A DNA stretch of 63,625 bases, counting the filler, from Rhabdomonas costata (Eukaryota): assembly GCA_019059605.1 (NCBI GenBank). It is 46 parts of 46 records of this genome, joined end to end, with 100 filler letters (N's around TTAATTAATTAA, not from the genome) between each part and the next. Parts side by side here need not be neighbours in the genome. Positions count along the whole stretch, not along the records: positions 49,853 to 51,137 come from JAHMHO010020675.1; positions 51,238 to 52,522 come from JAHMHO010020676.1; positions 52,623 to 53,903 come from JAHMHO010020677.1; positions 54,004 to 55,290 come from JAHMHO010020678.1; positions 55,391 to 56,709 come from JAHMHO010020679.1; positions 56,810 to 58,094 come from JAHMHO010020680.1; positions 58,195 to 59,480 come from JAHMHO010020681.1; positions 59,581 to 60,864 come from JAHMHO010020682.1; 38 more parts are not named here. One strand, written 5' to 3'. Of this stretch, positions 49,996-62,407 are shown piece by piece. The position numbers were made by a program, and so were the translations under genes. The notes under the pieces were generated by a model, which did not search any database, was not told the origin of the DNA, and saw only the letters and a list, made by a program, of their open reading frames with translations. Within the stretch, counting starts at the first letter, position 1; the number at the start of each line of letters is the position of its first letter.

Positions 49996-51137
49996 CGCCC
50001 TGATACCAAATGATACGAAGCTCGTTGCGAGGAACACGATTTCCTGCGGAGGGATCGTTTTCTCCACAAGTTTGGTGACTCCGCGACCCAACGCCTATAG
50101 AGACGCGAACCTTGGAATAATGAAGACGCCACAAACAATGGTGAAAGATCGTTTGATAAGTCGGGGATTGAATGACGCCACGATCGGATGCGAAAGACCG
50201 ATTGATAAGTCAGTTTGAACGCCACAAGACTCGTCTTGATAAGTTCGATAAAAGTTCATATAGAACTCAAGAGAAGACTCTCATTTTTTTTTATCAAAAT
50301 CTGGATGCTTTTCTCAATCAAATGGAGATGAATTTATAGGCGTGAAACAACCCTTCATGCTAGGAAAACCAAAAGCCTCATTTAAACCCATTAAGACAAT
50401 AAAAACGAAATTTATAACCCCCTAAGTAATCAGACCACATAATGACACCTCTTAAACCCAATAAATTCAACATTTTGAATTCAGCCTACTAATAAAACGA
50501 AAATAAACAATTACCAATTGTTTCAGCCAACTAAAAGATACCAATGTGAGGTGAAACTTCATAAGAATCCCAAAAGTCATGCCCATTTATAGTCTGATGA
50601 AGAATAAAACTTTTTGGGCTTCGTAACCATCTCTTCAATTGCTTAGATGATGAATTTTAACAATTTTGCTTATGGAAGAGTAGATCAGCCCATGCCAAGA
50701 TTTATACATTTTCCATTCATCTTGGCTTAAACCATGAAAGTCTTCATTGAAGTCTTGAACTCTTGTATTTGGAATTGGCTCGTTGACATGTCTTGGTTTA
50801 GACGCTGCCCTTATCATATCATACTCTCTCTCTCTCTTGGAAAAGATTTGTCCTCAAATCTTGCATGTTATTTGCAGCGATTGGGGATATCTTGAACTCC
50901 TTTGAATGAGAGGAAATTACTCCATCCTCCAGGCTCTTGTTCTCTTCAAAATCATTACCTTCAGAGTCTGGAACTTCTAAGTTTACTCTAATAGGCTCTT
51001 CGTTCAGCGTAGTCACATAATCCTTCTCCGTGGGCTTTTTCATTTCTTTAACAACTTCAACACGCTGCACAAGTTCTTCCTTGTCTTCTTGTTCAGTCGG
51101 TTGTTCCAACATGGTGTCGATGTTTTCCACCAAAAAA
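49996..51137 (-). mobile_element. Plant CRM-clade Ty3/gypsy fragment: ORF end and PPT, LTR 50011-50821, tRNA-Met PBS 49996-50008
   Basis: On the minus strand, DLRTNLFQE.. runs through a purine tract into TGATA...TATCA (811 bp), then TT and TGGTATCAGGGCG. The contig is much more AT-rich than its neighbours. Confidence 0.85.
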
Positions 51138-51274
51138 NNNNNNNNNNNNNNNNNNNNNNNNNNNNNNNNNNNNNNNNNNNNTTAATTAATTAANNNNNNN
51201 NNNNNNNNNNNNNNNNNNNNNNNNNNNNNNNNNNNNNGTGGTCTGTCGTGGTATTACACCGGTTTTCTTCATAG

Positions 51275-52408
51275 ACCATGCTCGGGACTCCCGAGAGCTG
51301 TGCTGATTCCTACGCGGTCGGCCTGGCCTCTCGCCGCTGCGTTGTGGCTTGTTTTGACATGCAGGGCTTCCATGCTCGTGTCAGAACTTCGACCTTAGAT
51401 GAGGTCAGCTTCCAGTTTTCCCATCACAGGGCGGGAGTGCTTAAACGCTTATTAGTGTGTTCTTCCGTGCCTGGCGGACCTTTTTTCTTGAGGCACGTGT
51501 GAACGGGATGCATTACTCCAGATAAGCGTGGATAGAAATGAAGTTTCTGTGCTGCTTCGAATCAGGAGCTTTGGATTTGAAAGCAGGGGGCACCTTTGCA
51601 TTCCGCCCAGAATGCACACGCTCGAATAACTTGATTGGTTTGAAGTAACCAAACACCCGTTGTAAATTTACATTATCCCTCGCCTGATTTTGCCAAAAGA
51701 ATGCGATTCAATAGCATGATAAACCAGAGGATGCAATTATTTTGTTTTGGCCATTTTCAGTCCATTTTGATTCAGTTTGAGGATAGCTCCACCACTCAGA
51801 GGAATGTATGTGGCGCATTACTGCCTGGAGTCGGCGGACCCTGAAAAAATGGCATCCTCTTTGGTGTGGCCACTGTAATACGCAGTGATTCACCCGCCAT
51901 TTTGGTGTATGCAACTGTAGAAAAGGGCCCTAGATAAATGACGGTTGGCGCCGCAGGCGCCTTTTCCTTCCAAAAAGTCAGGTTTGTCAGGGTTGTATGG
52001 TACCAGACATCACATCATATTTTAGGCACATCGTCACAGCATACAACATTTGCTGCTCGCTCGATCCATGAAGCGCAACTATTAATACATTAATGTGAAA
52101 TGTGAACTGTGTGATGCTGATTATGTTAGTTGTAATCAATAGCTCCCTTTCTTGTGCACCAGCGCATTGTTCATTGTTCCATGTTCCCGGTTTCACGTCT
52201 GTCCTCTGGTGTACTGTACCGGTTTTTATCTGCTTTGCATTTACAGCTGAAGAGATTACACGGTCGCTACATTTCCTTGGTCCACGAAGCCGTGATCTCC
52301 AACGCAGGGCTTATCGACAAGGTTGTCGGAGACCGTGTGCTGGCAACATGGAACGTGCCTCGGCGGTGCACTCGAGCTGAGCTTCGGGCTGTGAGAGCCG
52401 CTCTTGCG
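51275..52408 (+). CDS. Class III adenylate/guanylate cyclase-like protein, exons 51275-51403 and 52247-~52408
   Basis: RRCVVACFDMQGFH|..YISLVHEAVISNAGLIDKVVGDRVLATWN..AVRAAL, with both metal-binding Asp positions. Phase-0 GT-AG intron. Confidence 0.85.
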
Positions 52409-53094
52409 GTCGTGCGAGCTTGCATTCCCGCTGGCTGTTCTCAAGTCTCTAATGAAGGCGGATGCCCCAGTAGACGCGAGGAGGCTGCTTTCGCCAGGGA
52501 TTCTTTAGAGCATTGAAAACACNNNNNNNNNNNNNNNNNNNNNNNNNNNNNNNNNNNNNNNNNNNNTTAATTAATTAANNNNNNNNNNNNNNNNNNNNNN
52601 NNNNNNNNNNNNNNNNNNNNNNGGGACTTGGGTCTGTGGGGGGAGGGGTGCTGAAGCGATATTTTTATCCCAGCGGGGGGTGACATTTGCGTTTCAAATA
52701 CTGTGAATGCATGTGTATAAAACCTCTGTGTCAACCACGGGAATCTTCTTTAATCGCGTTCGCAATTATCCCCGGATTTTGAAAAGACTGGACCCATGCT
52801 GAGATTCACGGCGAACGGCGAGATTTTTTCGCAATCGTTCTAATCCTTAGTTAGCCATTTGCAGAAATAGCGTTGAAAAGGAATTGAAAATACAATCACT
52901 GCAAAAAGATCCAACTCCAGCGTCGGCTTTGACCCTGTGTTAAAATTGAATATAAAAGGAAAATGAAATGAAAAGGATTCGAAAACGAACTCTAGATTTT
53001 CTGATATGTAGGTGGCTGCTTTAAGGACAAGATTTTGGTCATCAGTAGGGTTGCCCATGCCAAGATACATCCATCCTTCACCTGCTCACCTCAG

Positions 53095-53190
53095 GTTCTC
53101 CAACCGAGTGCAGTATGTACGGCCGCAGTTTGTACTGGACAGCCTGGCTGCGGGCCGAGTCCAGCCCGTCCTGTCGTATCTTGTGTTGGC
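53095..53190 (+). CDS. BRCT domain C-terminal exon fragment
   Basis: VQYVRPQFVLDSLAAGRVQPVLSYL fits V.P.(W/F)V.DS...G...P...Y. The downstream frame is unresolved. Confidence 0.6.
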
Positions 53191-54003
53191 TTCCGGTCCT
53201 GGCGTCCAGCCCGCCCTGCAGTGTACTGTCACAGGGGCTGCTCGTCCGGAGAGCGTGGTCAAGGCCCTGCCGTGGAAACGCCAACTCTACACAGCCGTCC
53301 AAGGCGGCCCCAGACAATTCATCATGCACAGCCGCTGGAGGTGGAACGGGAGTTCGTTGCAAGCAGCAGCGACGACGACGAGAAGGACCTCTTTGCTGAC
53401 TGAGGTTGGTAAGGTCCGGCCTTAGTTCTCGGGCGCGTCTCTGCCCGTCGTCTTGCGGAGAACCCACTTGTTGATGACCTTTTTATGCTTTTTTCTTAGT
53501 GTATTCGGATGTTCCAGTGTAAAGGTGCAGCGCCTGGTGTACCTCTGAGGCTTTGTCCTCCACAGCACCCCCTTCTCCCTTGGTGGAAGGAAGGTGGTTC
53601 AGCAGTCTTTGTTGCGCTTTGAGAATTTCGAAAGGACGGTACTTTTTTTGGTATCGTGGACACTCACCCCAAATACCGTACTCCTGCATTAATGATGATT
53701 ATGACCAGTCCACTCCATCCATCTTGATCTCACCGTGAGTTTTGCGTTCCTCCTTGTCTGCTTCTCTCGTTTATCATTTGTTTTTAAAGTTGAAAACAAC
53801 CCAATAAAGTATTCATTTTTATTCATTTTAGGTGCCCGACTCTTCGCTTTGCTCCGCGACTCCTGTACAACTTTGCTGGAGTGAAGTTTCGGGCACCAAA
53901 ACANNNNNNNNNNNNNNNNNNNNNNNNNNNNNNNNNNNNNNNNNNNNTTAATTAATTAANNNNNNNNNNNNNNNNNNNNNNNNNNNNNNNNNNNNNNNNN
54001 NNN

Positions 54004-54220
54004 ATCTTTGGGCTGCTCGTGGGGTATTCTGGGCTGAGTACTCTGCACCCACTTATCACCAGCTCCCTAACCTGTGGGGCGTTCTACGCTCTGGGGGACT
54101 TGACGGCTCAATTCCTGGACCCCTACGACCCCAAGAAACCATATGGACCCTGGAGGCGGAAGGTCACCTTTGACCCATCTCGGCTGTTCCACTGGGTGAT
54201 TTTCGCGCTCATCTTCACAG
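54004..54220 (+). CDS. Mpv17/PMP22 family membrane protein exon
   Basis: HPLITSSLTCGAFYALGDLTAQ...FDPSRLFHWVIFALIFTG; GTGTGC donor. Confidence 0.9.
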
Positions 54221-55546
54221 GTGTGCGAAGACAGTCTTTGGGTCTTTGGGCGAATGCCGCACACAACATTCTTTTTACCCCAAAGGAAGCTATAAGAGCC
54301 CACACCTACCGCCATCCAGCGCCGTCGTTTAGGCGGCGTTTCGGCACATTCCCATTTCCGGACATACCTTTTGGTTTCACTTCCTCAGGCTGCTGGATGT
54401 TTCCGTTTCGATGGCTACATTTTACTGAACTTTCAATGAAATTTCTTTTTAATGAGTGAAACTTTCAACCAACAGTTTGTTCTTCGTGTTTTCTCATAAA
54501 AATCGAAACCCAAGACCGTAGTCAGAGCTCGCAAGGGAAACGGGGCCGCTAAGCCAAGGTGACAAAGTTGCGGATGCCGTGAAGTGAATTCGAAGGCACA
54601 GCCGAAGCAGTCTTCGGCTACGAAGGTTTTCTTTTTCTTTGTAACCATTTTAAAATGGTTCCTTCTTCCACGGTATTTAGGCATGGGGTCATCTTAGGTG
54701 TTTTTTTTTCAGTCATCATTGATGACTGGGTCTCAACGAAATGGACAACGTTTCAGCGGTCCGAACAGTTTTTCGATGAAAAAACGAAAGGAGGAAATAA
54801 ATACGTTTTACTTTTGATGAACCATAAAATCGAGCTGTGTCACGTATTTTGGGAAATTTTTGAGCGAAGGAGAGAGAAATTTGCAAGTGGAGCGCAGGTT
54901 GGTGAGCCGGGCCGACATCCCTTTTTTTTTTTTCGCAAGTTCTAGCTCCTAACCTAACCTAACAGTTTTCAGCCAATCCTGCAGGCAACCAACCAGGAAT
55001 GGCTGGGGGTTGCGAAGGTCTTCTGTGAAGTTTTTTACTCAGACAAGAGCAGAACAATGCTGAGGCGAGCGAGGTTTTTCTTTTCCCCAGCGTTCAGGCG
55101 GGACGTCCGCCTGCTTTTCGTGAACAATGATGCAGAAGCAAATGCAAAGCAAATGCAAAAGCTACGCGAAGCGGCAGGCTATCAATGTCCGTCTAGCCCG
55201 TCCTGCTCGTTTTCTCAGGGGGAGCGGGGGTGGGGGACATACATTTCATAATTTCGTGAAATTTTGAATACACCAGTTAACCAACAACACNNNNNNNNNN
55301 NNNNNNNNNNNNNNNNNNNNNNNNNNNNNNNNNNTTAATTAATTAANNNNNNNNNNNNNNNNNNNNNNNNNNNNNNNNNNNNNNNNNNNNGCCGAGTGGT
55401 GGACAATCCGGCTGGCGGGACTGAATTAGAATGCTGTGTGGATAAGATATTCACACACTGCTCATGGATTGAAGGAGAGTTAGAGGGCGTTAGAGGGCAC
55501 TCACTTCCACTTCCTCGAGGTTACTTACGGTTGGGTTTTTCTCCAG

Positions 55547-56432
55547 AAATGATTGACACCCTGTTGGAGACCTCGGAGAAATACCAGCGGACAGCCAAGA
55601 AGCTGGTCAACCTTATCTCTCCCTCCCTCCTCCCCCATCACCAACGCAACGCTTTTCACTTTTTTCTGAAATTGTTGCTGCTCTTCTCAGCAACGTATTT
55701 TCCATGCCATGAGGTGCGGTGAGGTTTGACAAGACTGGCCCGGCAGTGCAGGGTGATTGAGTTGAAGGCTGTTAGGGAGCACAATGGAAGTTGGGGGAGG
55801 GGGCATTGCACCTGTTGCTGGGATGCTGGGTAGGATGAAGAGGGAGGTCTCGGATGCGGGTTTGGGGGGCTTGCGACAGGTCACTTGCGAGCAGCTGCTC
55901 ACCTTTCTGGACCCAGGAGATTTCGATTACGAGGCAGACCATGTGTTTCCCCCGCCACGGAAGTACTTTGTGGGGTACCGCTGCTTTCCCTCACCTCCCT
56001 CTCCTTTTCTTCACAAGTATATTTTTTTGCTGTCGTACAAATGGTATGGGTCGGTTTTGAGTTGACGGTTTGGGCGTTTTGAGTTGTGAGTTATGGTGAC
56101 TTCTTGGGAGGGGAGGGGGATGAGCAAACTGACTTCTTGGGTGAGTGGGACGGAGGTTCTCTGTTGGGGTTCCTTTGTGTGCTGTGCAGGCTTGGCACGC
56201 ATGTCTCAGTGCCCGTGTACCTGCGGTTCTACGGCCCTGTGAAGAATTGGAACCTTCGCCTGCCCAACCTGGAGAGCATCCTGGAGGACATCTGGAAGGA
56301 GAGGTGGGCCGAGTGGCCCCCCCATCTCGATATTAGCCTAATTCTTCTTCACTGCAGCAACCTTGAGTGTCTCTTGGTGGGCGGGCTTGCCCCGCTTTAA
56401 ACTTTGCGCCCAGTACCTGTTCTAGTGAGCTC

Positions 56433-56503
<71 letters not shown>

Positions 56504-56641
56504 ATTCTTGATTTTTCGTACAACAGCCGACGCTCTGCATGTGTGCTCCAGTTATTCCTTTGCTTCGCAGGAGGGAGATGGCAGGGCAGCCTCAGATGGA
56601 CTTTCCCAACTTCTTCAACACACACGTCCGGAGGCGCTGGG
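55547..56641 (+). CDS. TSNAXIP1-like protein, exons 55547-55605, 55880-55974, 56190-56303 and 56571-56641
   Basis: KYFVG|LGTHVSVPVYLRFYGPVKNWNL...ILEDIWKER..FPNFFNTHVRRRWG resembles the TSNAXIP1 F.GLG....VP.YLR..G.V.N motif. All three introns are GT-AG and phase-compatible. Confidence 0.72.
56432..56503 (+). repeat. Intronic (TTG)n microsatellite, about 24 units
   Basis: Read directly. It explains the spurious poly-L and poly-T ORFs. Confidence 0.97.
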
Positions 56642-57281
56642 GTGTGATCTGTTTTTTCTTTGGCGGCAGCTGGGAGGAGGAAGGGGTGAGGGCTCCCCTC
56701 AAACATTGTNNNNNNNNNNNNNNNNNNNNNNNNNNNNNNNNNNNNNNNNNNNNTTAATTAATTAANNNNNNNNNNNNNNNNNNNNNNNNNNNNNNNNNNN
56801 NNNNNNNNNTTTGTTTGGGGGCAGGCTTCACCACTGTCGGTGTTCGGGAATGGCAATTTTCGACCTGGGTTGATGGTTTTCTTATATGCATCCTGTCAAC
56901 TCCCACCCACCTGGCTACTGCAAAAAGTACTACCCTGCTTCCAACTTCGGCTAGGGGTACAGTGCCCAGGGTTGTCAACTGAGCATACGCGGCGCCTGAC
57001 GGATTACCTCGCCACGCGTATTGTAACTATTGAGATAAAAAAGCGCCGTTTTGGTGGAGTTTACAGTCTTGTCTGCTTTATACCGTTGTGTGTTGAAAGT
57101 CAAGTTCTGAGGGAGGAGGTTAACATTCGTGACAGCTATCACTGTCCAGTCAATTTGTACTAGAGGATCAGGATAACCGCTTTTCCCCCTTCAAGCGCGG
57201 GAAACATCCTCAAGACGTTCAAGCATGAAACATGCTGCCAACACTAAATGCATGTGCGGTGGGGGAATGGGGGGATTGCAG

Positions 57282-57960
57282 GCTCGGCGGGAAAGGACAC
57301 TGTGCGGCTGCTGGTGCAACTCGCAGACAGCTCTGTGCGGAAGACGCTGGTGAGAACCCAGGTCGGCCCCCTGGCTCCCCGTGTCCGTCTCTCCTCCCTC
57401 TCCCTTGAGCTCAACTGAGTCTTTGGGGCTGTGGTAACTGGAGCGAACTGATTAAAGCGGAGTAGAGGTGCTCTTTGCGTGTAAAGGGGTTGCAAAATGA
57501 ATTCAAAAGAAGGCGAGAATTATTGAAGCACTCCGCCACACCAGAACCCAATGGAAGGAAAGGAGGCCATCTCCTTTGAATGTGTGAAAGGTTGGGCGCC
57601 TAGAAAGAGCACTCCACGTCGTGGCACACGACCTCAAGGATCCCGCTTCACACAACCTGCAGCTTCGGAAGCAGAGGAGTTTCAGGGCTTTGGTCGAGCC
57701 GTGGGGGCCGTGGCGCCGTGGGAGTGGAATCTTCTTCTCTCGAGTCGTCTTGTCTCGATGACTGTGCTTTGCTGTCCCCCGGATATTTCTAGGCTTTCCT
57801 CCTGCCCCTCGCCCTTTTTCAAGTGATCCGGTGCACCGAAGCGTCGCTGGCTGCACGTTCCCCCCCTTTTTCACTTGACAGGCGCCGCTCGCGGCGATCT
57901 TCGACTTTGTCCGAAGTGTGCTTCCCGAGGCGCAGACCCGACCGTTCAAGCTTTTGGCAG
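57282..57960 (+). CDS. UBX-domain protein, exons 57282-57361 and 57882-57960
   Basis: TVRLLVQLADSSVRKTLVRTQ|APLAAIFDFVRSVLPEAQTRPFKLLA has UBX spacing. GT-AG, phase 0. Confidence 0.65.
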
Positions 57961-58333
57961 GTACGTGTCCAGGATGCCGTGGTGTCACGTCTGGGCAGGA
58001 GTTTTCGATTCATCACTTCTCCCTCGAGTTGCGCAGAATTTTCCGGAAAGGGAAGAGTGAGGGCTAATTTTTTTGTAGCGACCCCCAAAAAACANNNNNN
58101 NNNNNNNNNNNNNNNNNNNNNNNNNNNNNNNNNNNNNNTTAATTAATTAANNNNNNNNNNNNNNNNNNNNNNNNNNNNNNNNNNNNNNNNNNNNTGCCGA
58201 TTAAGTCGGGCACCTCACAGGGTCAGGTAAGGCACTCTTGCTCCTTCCCAGCCCGTATTCCATATTCTGTGTCTTGCTCCTTTTGTTGTTGCTTAGATTG
58301 GGCGCCACTCCGGAAAGGTGTTGTGGGCCGCAG

Positions 58334-58963
58334 GCCGATTCGGGACAGTGCCCCTTCGAGCCCGAGCCGAGACCAAGGGAAAACCCGGCCGGGTGCTTCC
58401 CGATTACGCCCTGTTCAGCTTACCCCATGGGCTGCGGTGGCACGCCCCAGGACGGCTGACGATCTTCGACAACAACCTGCACGCCAAGCCTCGTAACGCC
58501 TTGCGTGCCGGCTGCACCCCTGCGAAGTGCCCGAGAAGTGCGTTGGGGGTCTTTTGCGTGTGTGGCTTTTTCAAGGTCGGCATGTGATGCCTTTCGATTG
58601 CAGAGGTTTTAGAAGTCTGATTTGCAGCCCCCGCTGTGGAGTTGCTTCGATTTTTCTGTTTCTTTCTTGTTATACATGGCACGACATTCCGGATTCATTG
58701 CCCAAACGTGGCCCTGCTGATGCCTGCTCAAAAGATGCGCCAAATTCCATCCTCTGCGAGGCGATTCTCCGCGCGCTTATGCTTCACCTTCACATTTGTT
58801 ACTGGAATTACACAACGGATTATAGGATTCCCACGGGGATGGGGGATCCGCAATTTCTCGGGGGTTTGTCTTCAGCCTCCCGCGTGATCGCTCTGCGGCG
58901 CACTGCTGACGAGCTTCAGGAGGAGTGGAGCTATTACGAGATGCCTGGGGAGCAGAAGCGACA
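58334..58963 (+). CDS. Arylsulfotransferase (ASST)-like beta-propeller, exons 58334-58504 and 58876-58963
   Basis: FSLPHGLRWHAPGRLTIFDNN..|PSRVIAL....EEWSY matches ASST F..(Q)H......l.lFDN...SR.......W.Y. Phase-1 GT-AG intron. Confidence 0.6.
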
Positions 58964-59687
58964 GTGCGTGTTTTTTATGGCGACCTGATTCTTTTCGATC
59001 CTTTTTGGTGCAGACTTATTGGAAACCTTGAGCGCGAATGGCTCTGAGACAAGTAAATTGAGGCAATTGTCGGCGGCGTGATGCAGTATTGTTATTTGGT
59101 AACCAAGACCATTATTAAACCGTTCGACCTTGGCTGGAATGGGATCCCGTAAAGTTATTCCTCGCCGGCTGACCGTGCTGACCAACCTGCAGGTAACTGG
59201 TAATCAACCGCATCTGGTTTTTATCATCCTCGGCGCTCACAACGGTTGTATTTAGCCTTAGATAAGATCTCGAAAACGAATCCCCCCTCCAAGAAAAAGC
59301 TGGGGTGTTTTCTATCACATGAAGACCTTCAGAAACGTTGGGCCCTTGGGCCCTTTCCTGCACCCTCGATGTGTTGCCTAATGTTTTTTTAGAATTTTGT
59401 CCTGCTTCTCGGACAATATGTTAGGAAGGTTTCTCGGACGACGCTCACAAAACACCAGCAGCGTGCTCTCACCCCCACACNNNNNNNNNNNNNNNNNNNN
59501 NNNNNNNNNNNNNNNNNNNNNNNNTTAATTAATTAANNNNNNNNNNNNNNNNNNNNNNNNNNNNNNNNNNNNNNNNNNNNGGTGTGGGGGTGGTTCGCCT
59601 ACTTGCCCAATTCGTCAAAAGAAAGCGATTTTCTCAAAACAGTGCTCCCTTTAATTTGTTTCCTCTTTCCGATTTTATTCTTCACAG

Positions 59688-60572
59688 GTGGGTTCTTCCG
59701 CAACGTGGCCAGCACCGCACTGGGCTTTGGCATCGGCTCCGTCGCGGGCCATGCCGTGTCCCGGGCCATGTTCGGCGGTAGCCCACAGGAGAGGGAGGCG
59801 GCGATCCAGGAGGCCCGCACCAACGTCCCCCAAGGTACAAGTGTGCGTCCCATGTCCCAAGGTGAAGGCTGTGACTGGAAGAGTTGCAGAATGGAACCTT
59901 CTTTCCCGAGACATCTTTCACCGGCTAGCGCGGGAAAATGGGCCAGAGAAATTATGTAGTGATGTGAACGCCAGTTATGTAGGCAAACCCAAATGATGCG
60001 CCGAAACATGCGAGTGCAAGCCCAGTTACGGGAAGAGCATGTGCCGTGAAGTGTGGTGAAGGAAGCAGAAGAAATTTGCGTGGGAGAACCAACGCAGGGA
60101 GGCTTACCGAAGGGCTTGAAAGAAGCATAAAGCTCTGCTGTCTGTTGTCTGTTGATGGGTCGATGTGTGGTGTGCTGAGAAGCAAGCGCGGGTGTGTTCG
60201 AGATCGACACAGCTCGTTTCCAAGCCTTTGAATTTGTTTTGAGGGGACAAGACATGATTTTGGACTCACCAAAAACCCGGAAGAGATAATATAATGCGTC
60301 AAATATTTGCGAAAAGAAAATGGACTCAAGATTGAGCCTTCAGAAAAGCAAACAGCTGCAACCGAGCAACCGAGCACCAGCCCACGTGTGTGCAGCGGCT
60401 GCCACTGTATTGTCTCTGTTTACCATAATTATGTGCATCAGCTTGCGAATTCCAGCTGGAGTCCTTCAACCGGTGTCTAGAGAAGGCCAATGACCCGTCG
60501 CAGTGCCAGTGGATGTACGACTACCTGATGGAGTGCCGCAACAAGACTCAGCCGGCCGCGAGTACTGCGTAA
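59688..60572 (+). CDS. CHCHD2: CHCHD2/CHCHD10/Mix17 mitochondrial twin-CX9C protein, last two exons 59688-59834 and 60442-60572
   Basis: GGFFRNVASTALGFGIGSVAGHAVSRAMFGG|ACEFQLESFNRCLEKANDPSQCQWMYDYLMEC..*. Phase-1 GT-AG intron. Confidence 0.93.
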
Positions 60573-60964
60573 AGTTCCTTTCCCCGGTTTTGGAATTTTC
60601 CCCGTACTAAAGAGGGGCCTCCACCTCTTCCTTCTCTGCATTTATTTTGCTGTTGCCGCTTCCACCCAGGCACCGGCAAAGAGATGCCTGCTTCTTTCTC
60701 TTCGTGTCCGTGTTTTCGGACTGCGACTTTTGTCGTGGCCACGCGTTTTAAATCCAGCGCTTTCTCATAAAAATGGAAGAGTGTAATTTGCGGGGCTTTT
60801 TTTTTTGTAATTTTTGTAATTTGCAGTCCTAATTCGAGCAGTGTTGCTCCTTGCCACAACCACCNNNNNNNNNNNNNNNNNNNNNNNNNNNNNNNNNNNN
60901 NNNNNNNNTTAATTAATTAANNNNNNNNNNNNNNNNNNNNNNNNNNNNNNNNNNNNNNNNNNNN

Positions 60965-61230
60965 GGGTGGGGGGTGGGACCAGAGTTGCCTTCACTCTTC
61001 GCTCCTGGGCGACGAGACCAGCCTGCTTGACAGTAAATATGGATTCTATGTGTGATTTCAGTGCCTGACAGTATCCGGACCAATTCATGCGTAACTCACT
61101 CCTGTCACGTGTCCGATCTCTGTGACGCCCGCGTACCAATGCGAGGTTGTCGAAAAAATCATTTATGCCGGGAGGATCTTCCAAAAAGTAACCTCTCATT
61201 CTCTGGTTTTGGGCGGATGTTTGTCCCATG
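60965..61230. repeat. Unclassified dispersed repeat, copy 3 (open frame on the minus strand)
   Basis: Shares blocks with 9124-9215 and 32100-32165. Confidence 0.75.
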
Positions 61231-61488
61231 CCCTCTTCACCTCTCACCGCGTGATTGGGGTAGCATTCTTGGTATTTATGACTTTCGTCCGAAAAATGTT
61301 TTGCCTACGTCGGTTTGGTCGTTGGCAATAAGTACATTGATGAGTTGAGCAACGAGATGGTGATAAAAAAAAAGTCGGGAATTTGGGTAAAACTGCTGTA
61401 CTACCAACTTACAAATTCACACTTGTGTACCCCACACCCCTCCACTGAGTCCGATGCCGAGTCCACCCCGGAAGCTGCTTCTCCCCAG

Positions 61489-61749
61489 CCGTCATCGTTC
61501 TCCGTCCTTCGCCGTGTCCACGAGCCGGCCTGCTGGCTGGTCTGCCCCAGCCCAGGCCCATGTGGCTGCCCCGAGCAAGCCATGGTGTGCGTGGGCAGCC
61601 GGAGTGGCCGCATCCACTGCTTTGAGCTTCCACTAGGGGGGCTGCATGGCAACCTGATGGGACACTCGGAGGTGGTGCAGGGGCTGGCAGTGGTTCCGGG
61701 AACCCCAGAGCCGGAATTGGTGTCCGCCTCTACCGATGGTGCTGTGCAC
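61489..61749 (+). CDS. WD40 repeat protein exon
   Basis: VCVGSRSGRIHCF...LMGHSEVVQGLAV...LVSASTDGAVH|GT. Confidence 0.85.
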
Positions 61750-62407
61750 GTGACCTTGGGGGACCAAGGGGACAGGGGATAGTGTTTTGGTGCCCTGGTT
61801 CAGATTTTTGTTTTTCTATTGGTGAGTTTCACTTAACCAAGTCTGGGCGTTTTTAAATAACGTTTTGGGTGCAGTGCTGTTAGGTGATGGTCGTCGGGTT
61901 CTGTCACAGGAGGAACGGTTCTGAACTTTTCAGCATTGTGAACGATCGGAGACGATCGAAGAATTTGCAGGAGTGGGAATCATCAACCTTTCACTGTTAA
62001 ATCCAGCAACGGTTTGCTGGTGTCAGATGCATTTTGTCCCAGTGCCATGATTGTGAACGAAGAATCCGCCCGACTTGCGGGCGGAAGGTAAATGAAAATC
62101 TGCAAGCCGCTTCGTCAGCAGTGGGGTAGGTATTTGCTCGTCGACTTTCCGTATGAGTATTCGTGGCATTGTCCTTCAAAGGACCATTTTGGCATTTTCG
62201 CTCGAATTAGAAGCAATTGTGGTGCTCCCCATTCCATCGGNNNNNNNNNNNNNNNNNNNNNNNNNNNNNNNNNNNNNNNNNNNNTTAATTAATTAANNNN
62301 NNNNNNNNNNNNNNNNNNNNNNNNNNNNNNNNNNNNNNNNTGTGTGTGATTGATTCGAGCTTGAGTGTGTGGTGAGCTGTGCCGTATTGATTGATTGAGC
62401 AGCAGTG

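Noticed and set aside
40377..57960. Apparent one-base-shifted (TG-AG) introns in the SGNH, chitin synthase and UBX genes
   Set aside because: Each case has a canonical GT-AG solution (donor after 40665, acceptor at 47501, donor after 57361), so no new intron class is needed.
1287..62340. Regularly spaced TTAATTAATTAA repeats with similar-length intervals, resembling an array or nanochromosome system
   Set aside because: They are embedded in N runs and identical each time. This is a synthetic six-frame-stop linker between size-sorted contigs.
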